Origin: a candidate division WOR-3 bacterium | Lineage (GTDB): Bacteria; Hydrothermota; Hydrothermia; B15-G9; WFZT01 | Direction: 5' to 3' | DNA length: 64,000 bases | NCBI GenBank assembly: GCA_027053075.1 | Contig: JALUEE010000078.1 | Coordinates: 25,189-89,188, forward strand | In this document: positions 41,431 to 49,133 of the stretch, piece after piece | Layout: every line of letters starts with the position of its first letter | How positions within the stretch are numbered: position 1 is the first letter of the stretch | Translations under genes and position numbers: made by a program | Notes under the pieces: model-generated | What the model saw: only the letters and a program-made list of their open reading frames with translations | Databases searched by the model: none | What the model was told of the DNA's origin: nothing

Positions 41431-41557
41431 GTGGATAGAGGAATTTATCTCAAAGTTGCCAGAAGGCAGAAAAATTTACTACCGATTTGGGAATCTTATG
41501 GTAGAGGTGTCTCGCAAGGAGGCACTGGAACTCATTAAAAAGGAGGAAAAGAAATGA
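41390..41557 (+). CDS. Possible 55-aa mini prefoldin-beta-like ORF (not in supplied ORF track), overlapping pfdA 3' end and the next gene start
   Basis: MEEKKQQQKKERNKWIEEFISKLPEGRKIYYRFGNLMVEVSRKEALELIKKEEKK; hairpin segment IYYRFGNLMVEVSRKEALELIKK resembles prefoldin beta IYKxVGxLLVKVxKEEAxxxLKEK; ATGA overlap with downstream gene. Confidence 0.3.
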   Translation: MEEKKQQQKKERNKWIEEFISKLPEGRKIYYRFGNLMVEVSRKEALELIKKEEKK

Positions 41558-42027
41558 GGAAACCAGGAACTCTCATAGTGATTGTTACAATTGTCGCGCT
41601 GGCTCTCGGATGGGTGATCGGTGGATTTTTCACCAGCACCTCGGTGGCAAAAGCAATTGCATCCATCCCTGCGTCTCCGATAGTTGTGGATGCCAAGTAC
41701 AAAAGAGACCAGCATACAATTGAATATTCAATGCTAAATCCAGGAGGGATGCCCCTCACCATTGTGCAGGAATCTTTTGTCTTCACACCCGGTAAAGAGA
41801 CTAAAGAGAAGAGCTACATCGTGTCCAACGTACCTGTCAACGTAAAACTGCTTCCCGGGGTGATTACAAAAGTTGAACTTAAGCTCAAACCCGGAACCGA
41901 GAAACTCCAGCTCGGAGACGTGGTACTTGCTACCTTTGCCTACCATCATCCTCTTTCAGAGGACCTTTATACGGTGGTTCACTCGTTTACCATGGAAACA
42001 GCAGACACCACTGGAGGTAAGAAGTAA
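41554..42027 (+). CDS. Membrane-anchored hypothetical protein (single N-terminal TM, beta-rich ectodomain)
   Basis: AAAGGAGG SD; TM LIVIVTIVALALGWVIGGFF. Confidence 0.45.
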   Translation: MRKPGTLIVIVTIVALALGWVIGGFFTSTSVAKAIASIPASPIVVDAKYKRDQHTIEYSMLNPGGMPLTIVQESFVFTPGKETKEKSYIVSNVPVNVKLLPGVITKVELKLKPGTEKLQLGDVVLATFAYHHPLSEDLYTVVHSFTMETADTTGGKK

Positions 42028-42551
42028 TGAAGGGTGAAAGAGTCCTGTGGTGGATATTCTTTGTAGTATTCGTTGCCTTCCTGATTTTCGGTACTCTCGT
42101 GTTCACTGCTACGATCATAGCAAATCCTGTTGCAGCAACATTCTTTCTGGGTCTAACAGGTTTCTGGCTCTTTGCCAATAGACTCATATTCGGTTTCGCA
42201 GGAATCACAAACACCGCAAATCAGGTTGCAAAAGGAGAGGAAGTTGACAGGAAAAAATTGGCCTCGTACTCAAAGGAACCTGAAGAAAGGACAAGGGAGC
42301 TCAGTCTGGTTTCGCTTCTGATCCTCTGGAGAAATGCTCTTGAACCTTACAGGTACGCTTACTACTTCGCATTCTTTATAGTGTTCATCATCGCAATGCT
42401 TTTCCAGCTAAATATAATCCAGTCATACGTAGGAGTGATAGCGAAGTCCATCATGTTCGGTGCATCCGTGCCAACGCTGATAGTGTGGGTACTTGACATA
42501 TTTTCACGTGCTTACTTAAACGGAGCGATTAAGGCTTCAATGGGGGCCTAA
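42027..42551 (+). CDS. Polytopic membrane hypothetical protein (4-5 TM)
   Basis: ATGA overlap with upstream gene; multiple hydrophobic helices. Confidence 0.45.
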   Translation: MKGERVLWWIFFVVFVAFLIFGTLVFTATIIANPVAATFFLGLTGFWLFANRLIFGFAGITNTANQVAKGEEVDRKKLASYSKEPEERTRELSLVSLLILWRNALEPYRYAYYFAFFIVFIIAMLFQLNIIQSYVGVIAKSIMFGASVPTLIVWVLDIFSRAYLNGAIKASMGA

Positions 42552-42694
42552 TAGACACCCTCCTTCCGTTTAAAGCAGGAGGGGGCGGGATGGTGGGGAG
42601 CTTTTTATATAAATTTGAGTGGGAAGCGAATTTAAGAGATAGTTAACGTTTATACCGTATAGAGAGCAAATTCGAACTTTTTATAAGATGTTGG

Positions 42695-42722
42695 GAGGGG
42701 CTGCCCGAAGGGCAGCCCCTCA
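42695..42722. terminator. Bidirectional hairpin GAGGGGCTGCCC-GAA-GGGCAGCCCCTC between convergent genes
   Basis: Perfect 12-bp arms, T-run upstream on plus strand, located between the 3' ends of 42027..42551(+) and 42728..45472(-). Confidence 0.5.
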
Positions 42723-42727
42723 TCTCA

Positions 42728-45472
42728 TCATTCCTTCACCTCTTCCTTTATAACCTCAATTGCCTTCAAAAGCTGGAGGTCTTCATCTGGCCTGTTGGGG
42801 TCATTTTCCACATAAACATCAGGCTTAACCCCAAGACCCTCTAAGTTGGTTCCATCCGGCAAATACCAGCCAACATAAGGCACGTTGAGACTCGAACCGT
42901 CGGGCAATTTAACGTGGTCGGTTCCTATCACCCCACCACCTGTGGGCACACCCACAAGCTTTCCGATTCCGAGATACTTCACAGCAGCCGGGAAAATCTC
43001 CGCATCCGAGAACGAGTACTGGTTAATGAGCACCACAAGGGGCTTGCCCCATCTGAGCCTGGGCTGAACCTGTATCTTTCCACCTCTCCTTCTGAATTTT
43101 GCATAGGCCTTTTTCGTAAGGATATCAAGAAGGGCCTCGTGAATGCGACCACCAGGGTTGTAACGAATATCAAGGATTAACCCCTCTTTCTTCTGCCTCA
43201 AAAATCTCATTATTGCTCGCCTGAATCTTGCAAGCTCATCCTCGTTCATTGCTCTGATATGATGATACGCAACCTTTCCACCTGTCAGGCTATCCACGAT
43301 ATGTGCATTACGCCTCTCCCACTCTTCCCACACGAAAGTCCTCATGGTGTCAGCAGGTAGAACCTTCATGGAGAGCACACGCTCGTCCACTGTTTTCACC
43401 GTTATGCTATCCCTGTTGAAAGTTTCTTTGTAGAAGTTGAAGTGTGGATTTTTAGTGCTGTGGCCGTTGATTTCAACGATCATATCACCCACTTCTAAAC
43501 CAGCAGAGTCTGCAGGTGAACCCTTGAAGACCTTTGCCACCTTCAGCCCGTATTCCGTCAGTTTCCCTCTGAATCCTACAAATCCCTTTATCTTGATTTT
43601 GCTCTTAGGTGGTGAGATTCCCATGTGGGACGCTCTAAGCTCACCGGTCATAAAGAGGATAGCCTTTCTAAGCTCACTGTAAGTTTCGATATAGTCAAGA
43701 AGTGGCTCGTAGTATGCCTTTACCGCTTTCCAATCGACTCCATTCATGGTAGAATCGTAAAATCTCGTCTTCAACTCCTCCCAGGCCATATCGAATATGC
43801 GACGGAAATCCTTTTTACGATCAACCATCTCTTCCGCCGTGAATTCCACAGTTTCAGGCAGAATAAGTTCTTTAGGAGCCTTGATTTTCTGGATTTTCCC
43901 GTGGTTTGTGAAAATAATCAGTCCATCTGCCCAGTTGGGCCCACGCCCAGGGGTGAGCTGCACGTGGTGCTTTCCAGCGGCATCCATGACATAGATATTT
44001 ACACCAGACTGTGATGAGACCTCATAAGCCACCATATTGCCGTCAGGAGAAACTGTTGGAATCTGTTTATAACCCGGCCCTGACGTGAGTTTTTGTGGCT
44101 TGCCTTTGGCCTTACCGTCCTCAAAAGCAACTCGGTAAATTTCTCCGTTACCACTCCTCTGAGAATCAAAATAAATCCATTTTCCATCTGGAGAAAATGT
44201 GGCATCATCGTCTGCCTTTTCGTGGTGGGTAATCTGGAAAACCTTCCTATCACTCAGTCTGATAACAAAAATGTCTTTGTTCCCCTTTCTCATTGATGTA
44301 AACACAATGTAGTTCCCATCAGGTGACCAACTTTCGAAGAAATCATCGTGTTTATCCTTTGTAATCTGCTCGGGCTGGCCACCATCCACAGGAATTACAA
44401 AAATGTCATTATTGCCATTTCTATTCGAAAAGTAGGCAATTTTCTTGCCATCAGGAGAAAAGCGGGGCCACTTATTTGCGTAAGGGTCATCGGTTATTTT
44501 CCTTGCCTCACCTCCATTCGCAGGCACAATCCAGATATCTCCTCTCATAGAAAATGCGATGTATCTGCCATCAGGAGATAGAGCAGGTGATTCGCCCGAA
44601 TCTGTAAATTTCCTCAAAAATTTCTCCGGAAGCTTGTCATCAGTTCTGATAATAATATTCAACGGGCTGACCTCACCTGTAGCAAGATCAAGTTTGTAGA
44701 GCATCAATTTGTGCTCAAATATTGCGAATCTGCCGTCTTTAGATACGGTTAGGTGAAGCGCGTCTCCCCTTTTTAGGTGGGTGAGCCTCACGGGTTTGCC
44801 TTCAAATTTATAAACCTGCAGGCCACTATCCCTTTCCGAAATAAAATAGAGGTTGCCCTTGCCATCAACTGCAGGGTCCCTGTCGGTGCCATCAAAGTGT
44901 GTGATTCTTTCAAACTTACCATCCTTGAGCTTGTAAATTTCTCCATTTGCCGAGCCCCTATATCCCTTTCTGAAGTACGAAACTCCATTTCTCACAAAAT
45001 ATATGGAGCTGTCAGGAGAATATACGGCACTGTGAGATTCAAAGAAGGTTACCCGCTTTGCCGGACCTCCATCTTTGTGAATTTTATAGACACTATAGAC
45101 AATTCCGTCTCGGTAGGAATAAAAAAGTATGGTGTCACCCTTCCAGTCCGATGGGATATCGGTTGAAGGGTTGTAAGTGAGTCTTTTTGGCATACCACCT
45201 TCTGAGGGGACAATCCAGATGTCGTAATTCCCCGCGCGTCTTGAGCCAAAGGCTATGAACTTTCCATCAGGTGACCAGACAGGCTTTGTATCCGTAGAAT
45301 CGTGAAGTGTTATGCGCTTTAATGTGCTGTCTTTCAGCCCATAGACCCAGATATCTCCCCGATAGGTAAATGCAACTTTATTGCCATCCGGAGAAATAGC
45401 CGGGTAAAAAAGTCCAGGGGTTGGCTTCCCCTGCGTAACGGATAGAAAAATAAAGAGAAGATACTTTATCAT
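42728..45472 (-). CDS. Tricorn protease-like (TolB-type beta-propellers + PDZ + S41 C-terminal peptidase)
   Basis: Signal peptide from MIKYLLFIFLS; repeated SPDGKxIAF / DIWIVPxxGG propeller blades; PDZ (KVFKGSPADSAGLEVGDMIVEING); S41 core LILDIRYNPGG...LINQYSFSDAEIF. Confidence 0.7.
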   Translation of the reverse strand: MIKYLLFIFLSVTQGKPTPGLFYPAISPDGNKVAFTYRGDIWVYGLKDSTLKRITLHDSTDTKPVWSPDGKFIAFGSRRAGNYDIWIVPSEGGMPKRLTYNPSTDIPSDWKGDTILFYSYRDGIVYSVYKIHKDGGPAKRVTFFESHSAVYSPDSSIYFVRNGVSYFRKGYRGSANGEIYKLKDGKFERITHFDGTDRDPAVDGKGNLYFISERDSGLQVYKFEGKPVRLTHLKRGDALHLTVSKDGRFAIFEHKLMLYKLDLATGEVSPLNIIIRTDDKLPEKFLRKFTDSGESPALSPDGRYIAFSMRGDIWIVPANGGEARKITDDPYANKWPRFSPDGKKIAYFSNRNGNNDIFVIPVDGGQPEQITKDKHDDFFESWSPDGNYIVFTSMRKGNKDIFVIRLSDRKVFQITHHEKADDDATFSPDGKWIYFDSQRSGNGEIYRVAFEDGKAKGKPQKLTSGPGYKQIPTVSPDGNMVAYEVSSQSGVNIYVMDAAGKHHVQLTPGRGPNWADGLIIFTNHGKIQKIKAPKELILPETVEFTAEEMVDRKKDFRRIFDMAWEELKTRFYDSTMNGVDWKAVKAYYEPLLDYIETYSELRKAILFMTGELRASHMGISPPKSKIKIKGFVGFRGKLTEYGLKVAKVFKGSPADSAGLEVGDMIVEINGHSTKNPHFNFYKETFNRDSITVKTVDERVLSMKVLPADTMRTFVWEEWERRNAHIVDSLTGGKVAYHHIRAMNEDELARFRRAIMRFLRQKKEGLILDIRYNPGGRIHEALLDILTKKAYAKFRRRGGKIQVQPRLRWGKPLVVLINQYSFSDAEIFPAAVKYLGIGKLVGVPTGGGVIGTDHVKLPDGSSLNVPYVGWYLPDGTNLEGLGVKPDVYVENDPNRPDEDLQLLKAIEVIKEEVKE

Positions 45473-45520
45473 ATCACACAGCCTCCTTTCAAAAATTTTG
45501 GTAAGTTTAAGGTGCTCACA

Positions 45521-46684
45521 ATGGATTTTCAAAAAATGTTGATAGCAAAGAGAAACGACCAGATTACCTCCTTCATCGTGATGGAGATTCTGGAGAAAGC
45601 GGTGCGTCTCGAGCGTGAGGGGAAGAGTATCATTCATCTTGAAATAGGTGAACCTGACTTTGATACCCCGGAGCCCATCCGAAAGGCTGGTATCCGGGCC
45701 ATAAAAGAGAGTAAAACCCACTACACGCCGAGCCTTGGAATCCCGCAGCTCCGAGAGGCAATAGCTGAATTTTACCACGATTACTACGGTGTAGATGTGT
45801 CTCCGGAGCGAGTGGTGGTAACAAACGGCACATCAGGGGCATTTTTACTCGTTATGGCTGCAATCCTTGACATAGGAGACGAGGTCATCTTCACTGATCC
45901 GGGATACCCCTGCTATCCAAATTTTGCACGAAGCTTTGATGCAAATCCCGTGTTTGTCCCGGTTTACGAAGAAGAAAACTTCGAAGTGGATATCAAGCGC
46001 CTAAAAGAGGCTTTGAGTCCCCGCACAAAGGCAATTCTTATCGCCTCACCAGCTAATCCCACGGGAACACTTACAAGCCCCGAAAAACTGAAAGAGGCCC
46101 TTGAGCTTGTACCGTTTTTCATTTCAGATGAAATTTATCACGGCCTCGTATATGAAGGGGAGGAACACACTGTGCTGGAATTTTCAGATAGGGCAATTGT
46201 GATAAATGGATTCTCAAAGCTCTTTGCCATGACCGGATGGAGGCTCGGCTGGGTCATCGTGCCAGAGGATTTATTGAAAACCATCCATAAACTTGCTCAG
46301 AACCTGTTTATCTGTCCAAACTCAATTTCGCAGTATGCTGCTCTGGCAGCCTTTAAAGAAAGCTGGGATTATGTTCTTGAAATGAAAGAAAAATACAACG
46401 AAAGACGACTTGAAATGATAAAGGGGCTCCGCGAGATTGGGTTTGAGATAAAGTCCACCCCGGCAGGTGCCTTTTACGTTTTTGCCAACATTTCAAAGTT
46501 TTCAGATGACTCTTTTAAATTTGCCCATGAGCTCCTGGACAATGCAGGAGTTGCGGCAACTCCGGGAGTTGACTTCGGGAAAAACAGGACCAATCATTAT
46601 ATCCGATTCTCTTATGCCAACTCCCTTGAGAATATCAGGGAAGCGATCGAAAGAATAAAAACTTATCTGAAGGAGAGAGCATGA
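45521..46684 (+). CDS. Class I/II PLP-dependent aminotransferase (aspartate aminotransferase family)
   Basis: SPANPTGT and FSKLFAMTGWRLGW (PLP-Lys) motifs. Confidence 0.8.
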   Translation: MDFQKMLIAKRNDQITSFIVMEILEKAVRLEREGKSIIHLEIGEPDFDTPEPIRKAGIRAIKESKTHYTPSLGIPQLREAIAEFYHDYYGVDVSPERVVVTNGTSGAFLLVMAAILDIGDEVIFTDPGYPCYPNFARSFDANPVFVPVYEEENFEVDIKRLKEALSPRTKAILIASPANPTGTLTSPEKLKEALELVPFFISDEIYHGLVYEGEEHTVLEFSDRAIVINGFSKLFAMTGWRLGWVIVPEDLLKTIHKLAQNLFICPNSISQYAALAAFKESWDYVLEMKEKYNERRLEMIKGLREIGFEIKSTPAGAFYVFANISKFSDDSFKFAHELLDNAGVAATPGVDFGKNRTNHYIRFSYANSLENIREAIERIKTYLKERA

Positions 46685-47115
46685 GGTTACTAACAAGATC
46701 AAGATATGCGGTTAGAGCAATACTTGACCTTGCAATGAATCAGGATGATAAACCTGTGTTTATCAGGCAAATTGCTGAAAGAGAGGGGCTCTCCGAGCGG
46801 TATCTTGAGAATCTTTTTCTCCAGCTTAAGAGAGCAGGGATTCTTGAAAGCTCGAAGGGACGCGGAGGTGGATTCAAACTGGCAAAGCCACCGGAAGAGA
46901 TCACAATTCTCGAGATTGTCGAGGTGGTTGAAGGCAGGATTAGTCTTGTGGCTTGTGTGGAGGACGAATCCGTATGCGAAAATGTTGACATCTGTGCTCC
47001 ACACGACCTTTGGAAAGAACTTGCTGAAAATATCAGGGATTTTTTGAGAAATTACACCCTTAAAGACCTTATCGAGTTACAGAAAGAAAAACTCCAGCGA
47101 GTTTTGGAGAAGTAA
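46681..47115 (+). CDS. Rrf2-family transcriptional regulator (IscR/NsrR-like, three-Cys Fe-S ligand set)
   Basis: RYAVRAILDLAMN...FIRQIAEREGLSERYLENLFLQLKRAGILESSKGRGGGFKLAKP; CVEDESVCENVDIC cysteines; ATGA overlap with aminotransferase. Confidence 0.8.
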   Translation: MRLLTRSRYAVRAILDLAMNQDDKPVFIRQIAEREGLSERYLENLFLQLKRAGILESSKGRGGGFKLAKPPEEITILEIVEVVEGRISLVACVEDESVCENVDICAPHDLWKELAENIRDFLRNYTLKDLIELQKEKLQRVLEK

Positions 47116-47429
47116 TACCAACACCTATTAAACACCGGGCTTATAAATTTTAAGCTGATTACAGTGGTGAGCAAATAAGTTTAGCCGATGGATGATGTAG
47201 AAAATTATCGGTCCCATTCTCATCTAACTCCACTTTGACGAAGGAGAAGGAATTCTTAGCTTACTGGTAAAGATTCCGTCCCTGCTGACTCGAGCAAGAA
47301 TAGTGTTACCCTGGGGAAGGGATGTTCGGGGCAGGGTTTATCAATGCTAAACGCTATAAATTTTCCCGATTTGAACTATGCACACTTAAAGATAGCGCAA
47401 GAAAGGAAAATTTCGGTTTGTATAGACTT

Positions 47430-47457
47430 CCCCTCCTTCCCTTCGGGAAGGAGGGGG
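47430..47457. repeat. Hairpin CCCCTCCTTCCC-TTCG-GGAAGGAGGGG
   Basis: Perfect arms, UUCG-type loop. Confidence 0.65.
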
Positions 47458-47606
47458 TTAGGGGAGAATGGGGAAAGCTAAATTTAGTAGGTTTGAGAGC
47501 CATGCGCACAAAATTTCTGAGAATACAAGGACTGGACTTTTTGAAGTATTATAAAATTTCAGATGTCCCCATTCATCTAACTTCTCCCCGCAATTTCAAG
47601 ACTTTT

Positions 47607-47639
47607 CCCTCCCCCGCTTGCGAAGCAAGCGGGGGAGGG
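47607..47639. repeat. Hairpin CCCTCCCCCGCTTGC-GAA-GCAAGCGGGGGAGGG
   Basis: Perfect 15-bp arms. Confidence 0.65.
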
Positions 47640-47701
47640 GTAGGGAGGGGGCATTCCGCTTAAATTCTATAAAAATTTAAGATGTGGCCCCTCACCTCAA
47701 T

Positions 47702-47735
47702 CCTCTCCCCGCAAAAAAATCTATGCGGGGAGAGG
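47702..47735. repeat. Hairpin CCTCTCCCCGC-(11 nt)-GCGGGGAGAGG
   Basis: 11-bp arms with longer loop. Confidence 0.55.
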
Positions 47736-47900
47736 AAGTTTTCTGACGCGGGCAGGTGAATGACTTTCAATCAATATGGGTAAAAATTAGTGCAACCAGC
47801 ATTGATAAGCCTTGGGGTTGGGATGGAATGGGTGATTTTGGATTCATCTACACTATAGTGGAAATATTTGGATGATTCTTAATCGCTATTGTTATAAATT

Positions 47901-48875
47901 CTAATCCCCGAGGTGCCTATCCTTTTCGATGTAATCTTTTATATACTCGGAGATTGCATTTTCAAATGTGTAAAATTTCCCGGGATAGCCAAGACGACGA
48001 AGCTTTGAGATATTTGCCTGTGTGAAATACTGATACCTCGACTTTAGCCATTCGGGCATATCCACAAATTCGATTTGAGGCTCCATGTTAAGGGCCCGGA
48101 AAACTGCATTTGCAAGATCATGCCAGCTGTGTGCACGCCCGGTACCTACATTGTAGATTCCATGGGCATTTTCAGATTTGTATAAAAACATAACTATCTC
48201 GACCACATCCTTGATGTAAATGAAATCTCTCTTCTGCTCCCCGTCTTTAAACTCTGGATTGTAGGATTTGAAAAGTCTGATTTTTCCTGTGTTTTTCACC
48301 TCTTCGTAAGCTTTTAACACTTTGCTCCGCATCTCTCCTTTGTGGTACTCATTGGGACCATATACGTTGAAGAACTTCAGTCCAATCACGTTTCTCAAAA
48401 GATTATTTTCGTATAACCAGAGGTCAAAAAGGTGTTTTGAGAATGCATAGGGATTAAGGGGTCTTAATGAATGCAAAAGCACCTCATTGTCATCAAAGCC
48501 CAATTTTCCATCTCCATAGGTTGCTGCACTTGAAGCATAGATGAATTTGATCCCTCTTTTTATTGCGTATTGAGCCAGAACCTTTGAATAACGAAAGTTG
48601 TTTTCAATGAGGAATCCCGCGTCCTTTTCAAGCGTGTCACTCCTTGCCCCCATGTGAAAGATGGTATCGAGCCCCGGAATATCCTTATCCTGCTCGACTA
48701 ATTTCAAGAATTCATCCTTCTCGATGTAATCCCGGAAGTAAAAGGGAGAAAGATTCTTCCATTTATCAGAGGTGGAGAGATGGTCAACGATAATGATGTC
48801 GCGTACATCTTCCTGGTTTAATCGCCACACAATGGCACTTCCTATAAAACCCGCACCACCAGTTACAACAATCAT
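47901..48875 (-). CDS. hldD: ADP-L-glycero-D-manno-heptose-6-epimerase
   Basis: MIVVTGGAGFIGS...YASSAATYGDG matching HldD/RfaD; SDR extended family. Confidence 0.8.
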   Translation of the reverse strand: MIVVTGGAGFIGSAIVWRLNQEDVRDIIIVDHLSTSDKWKNLSPFYFRDYIEKDEFLKLVEQDKDIPGLDTIFHMGARSDTLEKDAGFLIENNFRYSKVLAQYAIKRGIKFIYASSAATYGDGKLGFDDNEVLLHSLRPLNPYAFSKHLFDLWLYENNLLRNVIGLKFFNVYGPNEYHKGEMRSKVLKAYEEVKNTGKIRLFKSYNPEFKDGEQKRDFIYIKDVVEIVMFLYKSENAHGIYNVGTGRAHSWHDLANAVFRALNMEPQIEFVDMPEWLKSRYQYFTQANISKLRRLGYPGKFYTFENAISEYIKDYIEKDRHLGD

Positions 48876-48977
48876 GCATAAACTTTACATTAAGGATTGA
48901 ATTATTTCAACGAGAAATTGAGCGCGTTCGAAAAATTTCAACTTAATTTGAAATTTTAAGAGGAATTCACTCACATA

Positions 48978-49017
48978 TCTCCTTCCCCCACGCACGAAGT
49001 GTGTGGGGGGAAGGAGA
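48978..49017. repeat. Hairpin TCTCCTTCCCCCACGCAC-GAAG-TGTGTGGGGGGAAGGAGA (one mismatch)
   Basis: CACGCAC-core family member. Confidence 0.7.
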
Positions 49018-49133
49018 GGATATTATCAGCTCTATTTACAAGTGTGAGCAAACTTCTGGAACGCCGAGAATAATGCACCTTTCCAAATTTTCTAATTTTC
49101 AAGCAAATCTCCCTGCCTCAAGTTAAAAAGAGT

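Noticed and set aside
47322-47663. 113-aa ORF in the intergenic repeat region
   Set aside because: The translation is Gly/Arg/Leu low-complexity generated by the GC hairpins. There is no RBS and it overlaps three repeat copies.
47116-47900. Possible CRISPR array in the repeat-rich intergenic region
   Set aside because: The units are degenerate, not identical, of unequal length and irregularly spaced. There are no cas genes in the window.
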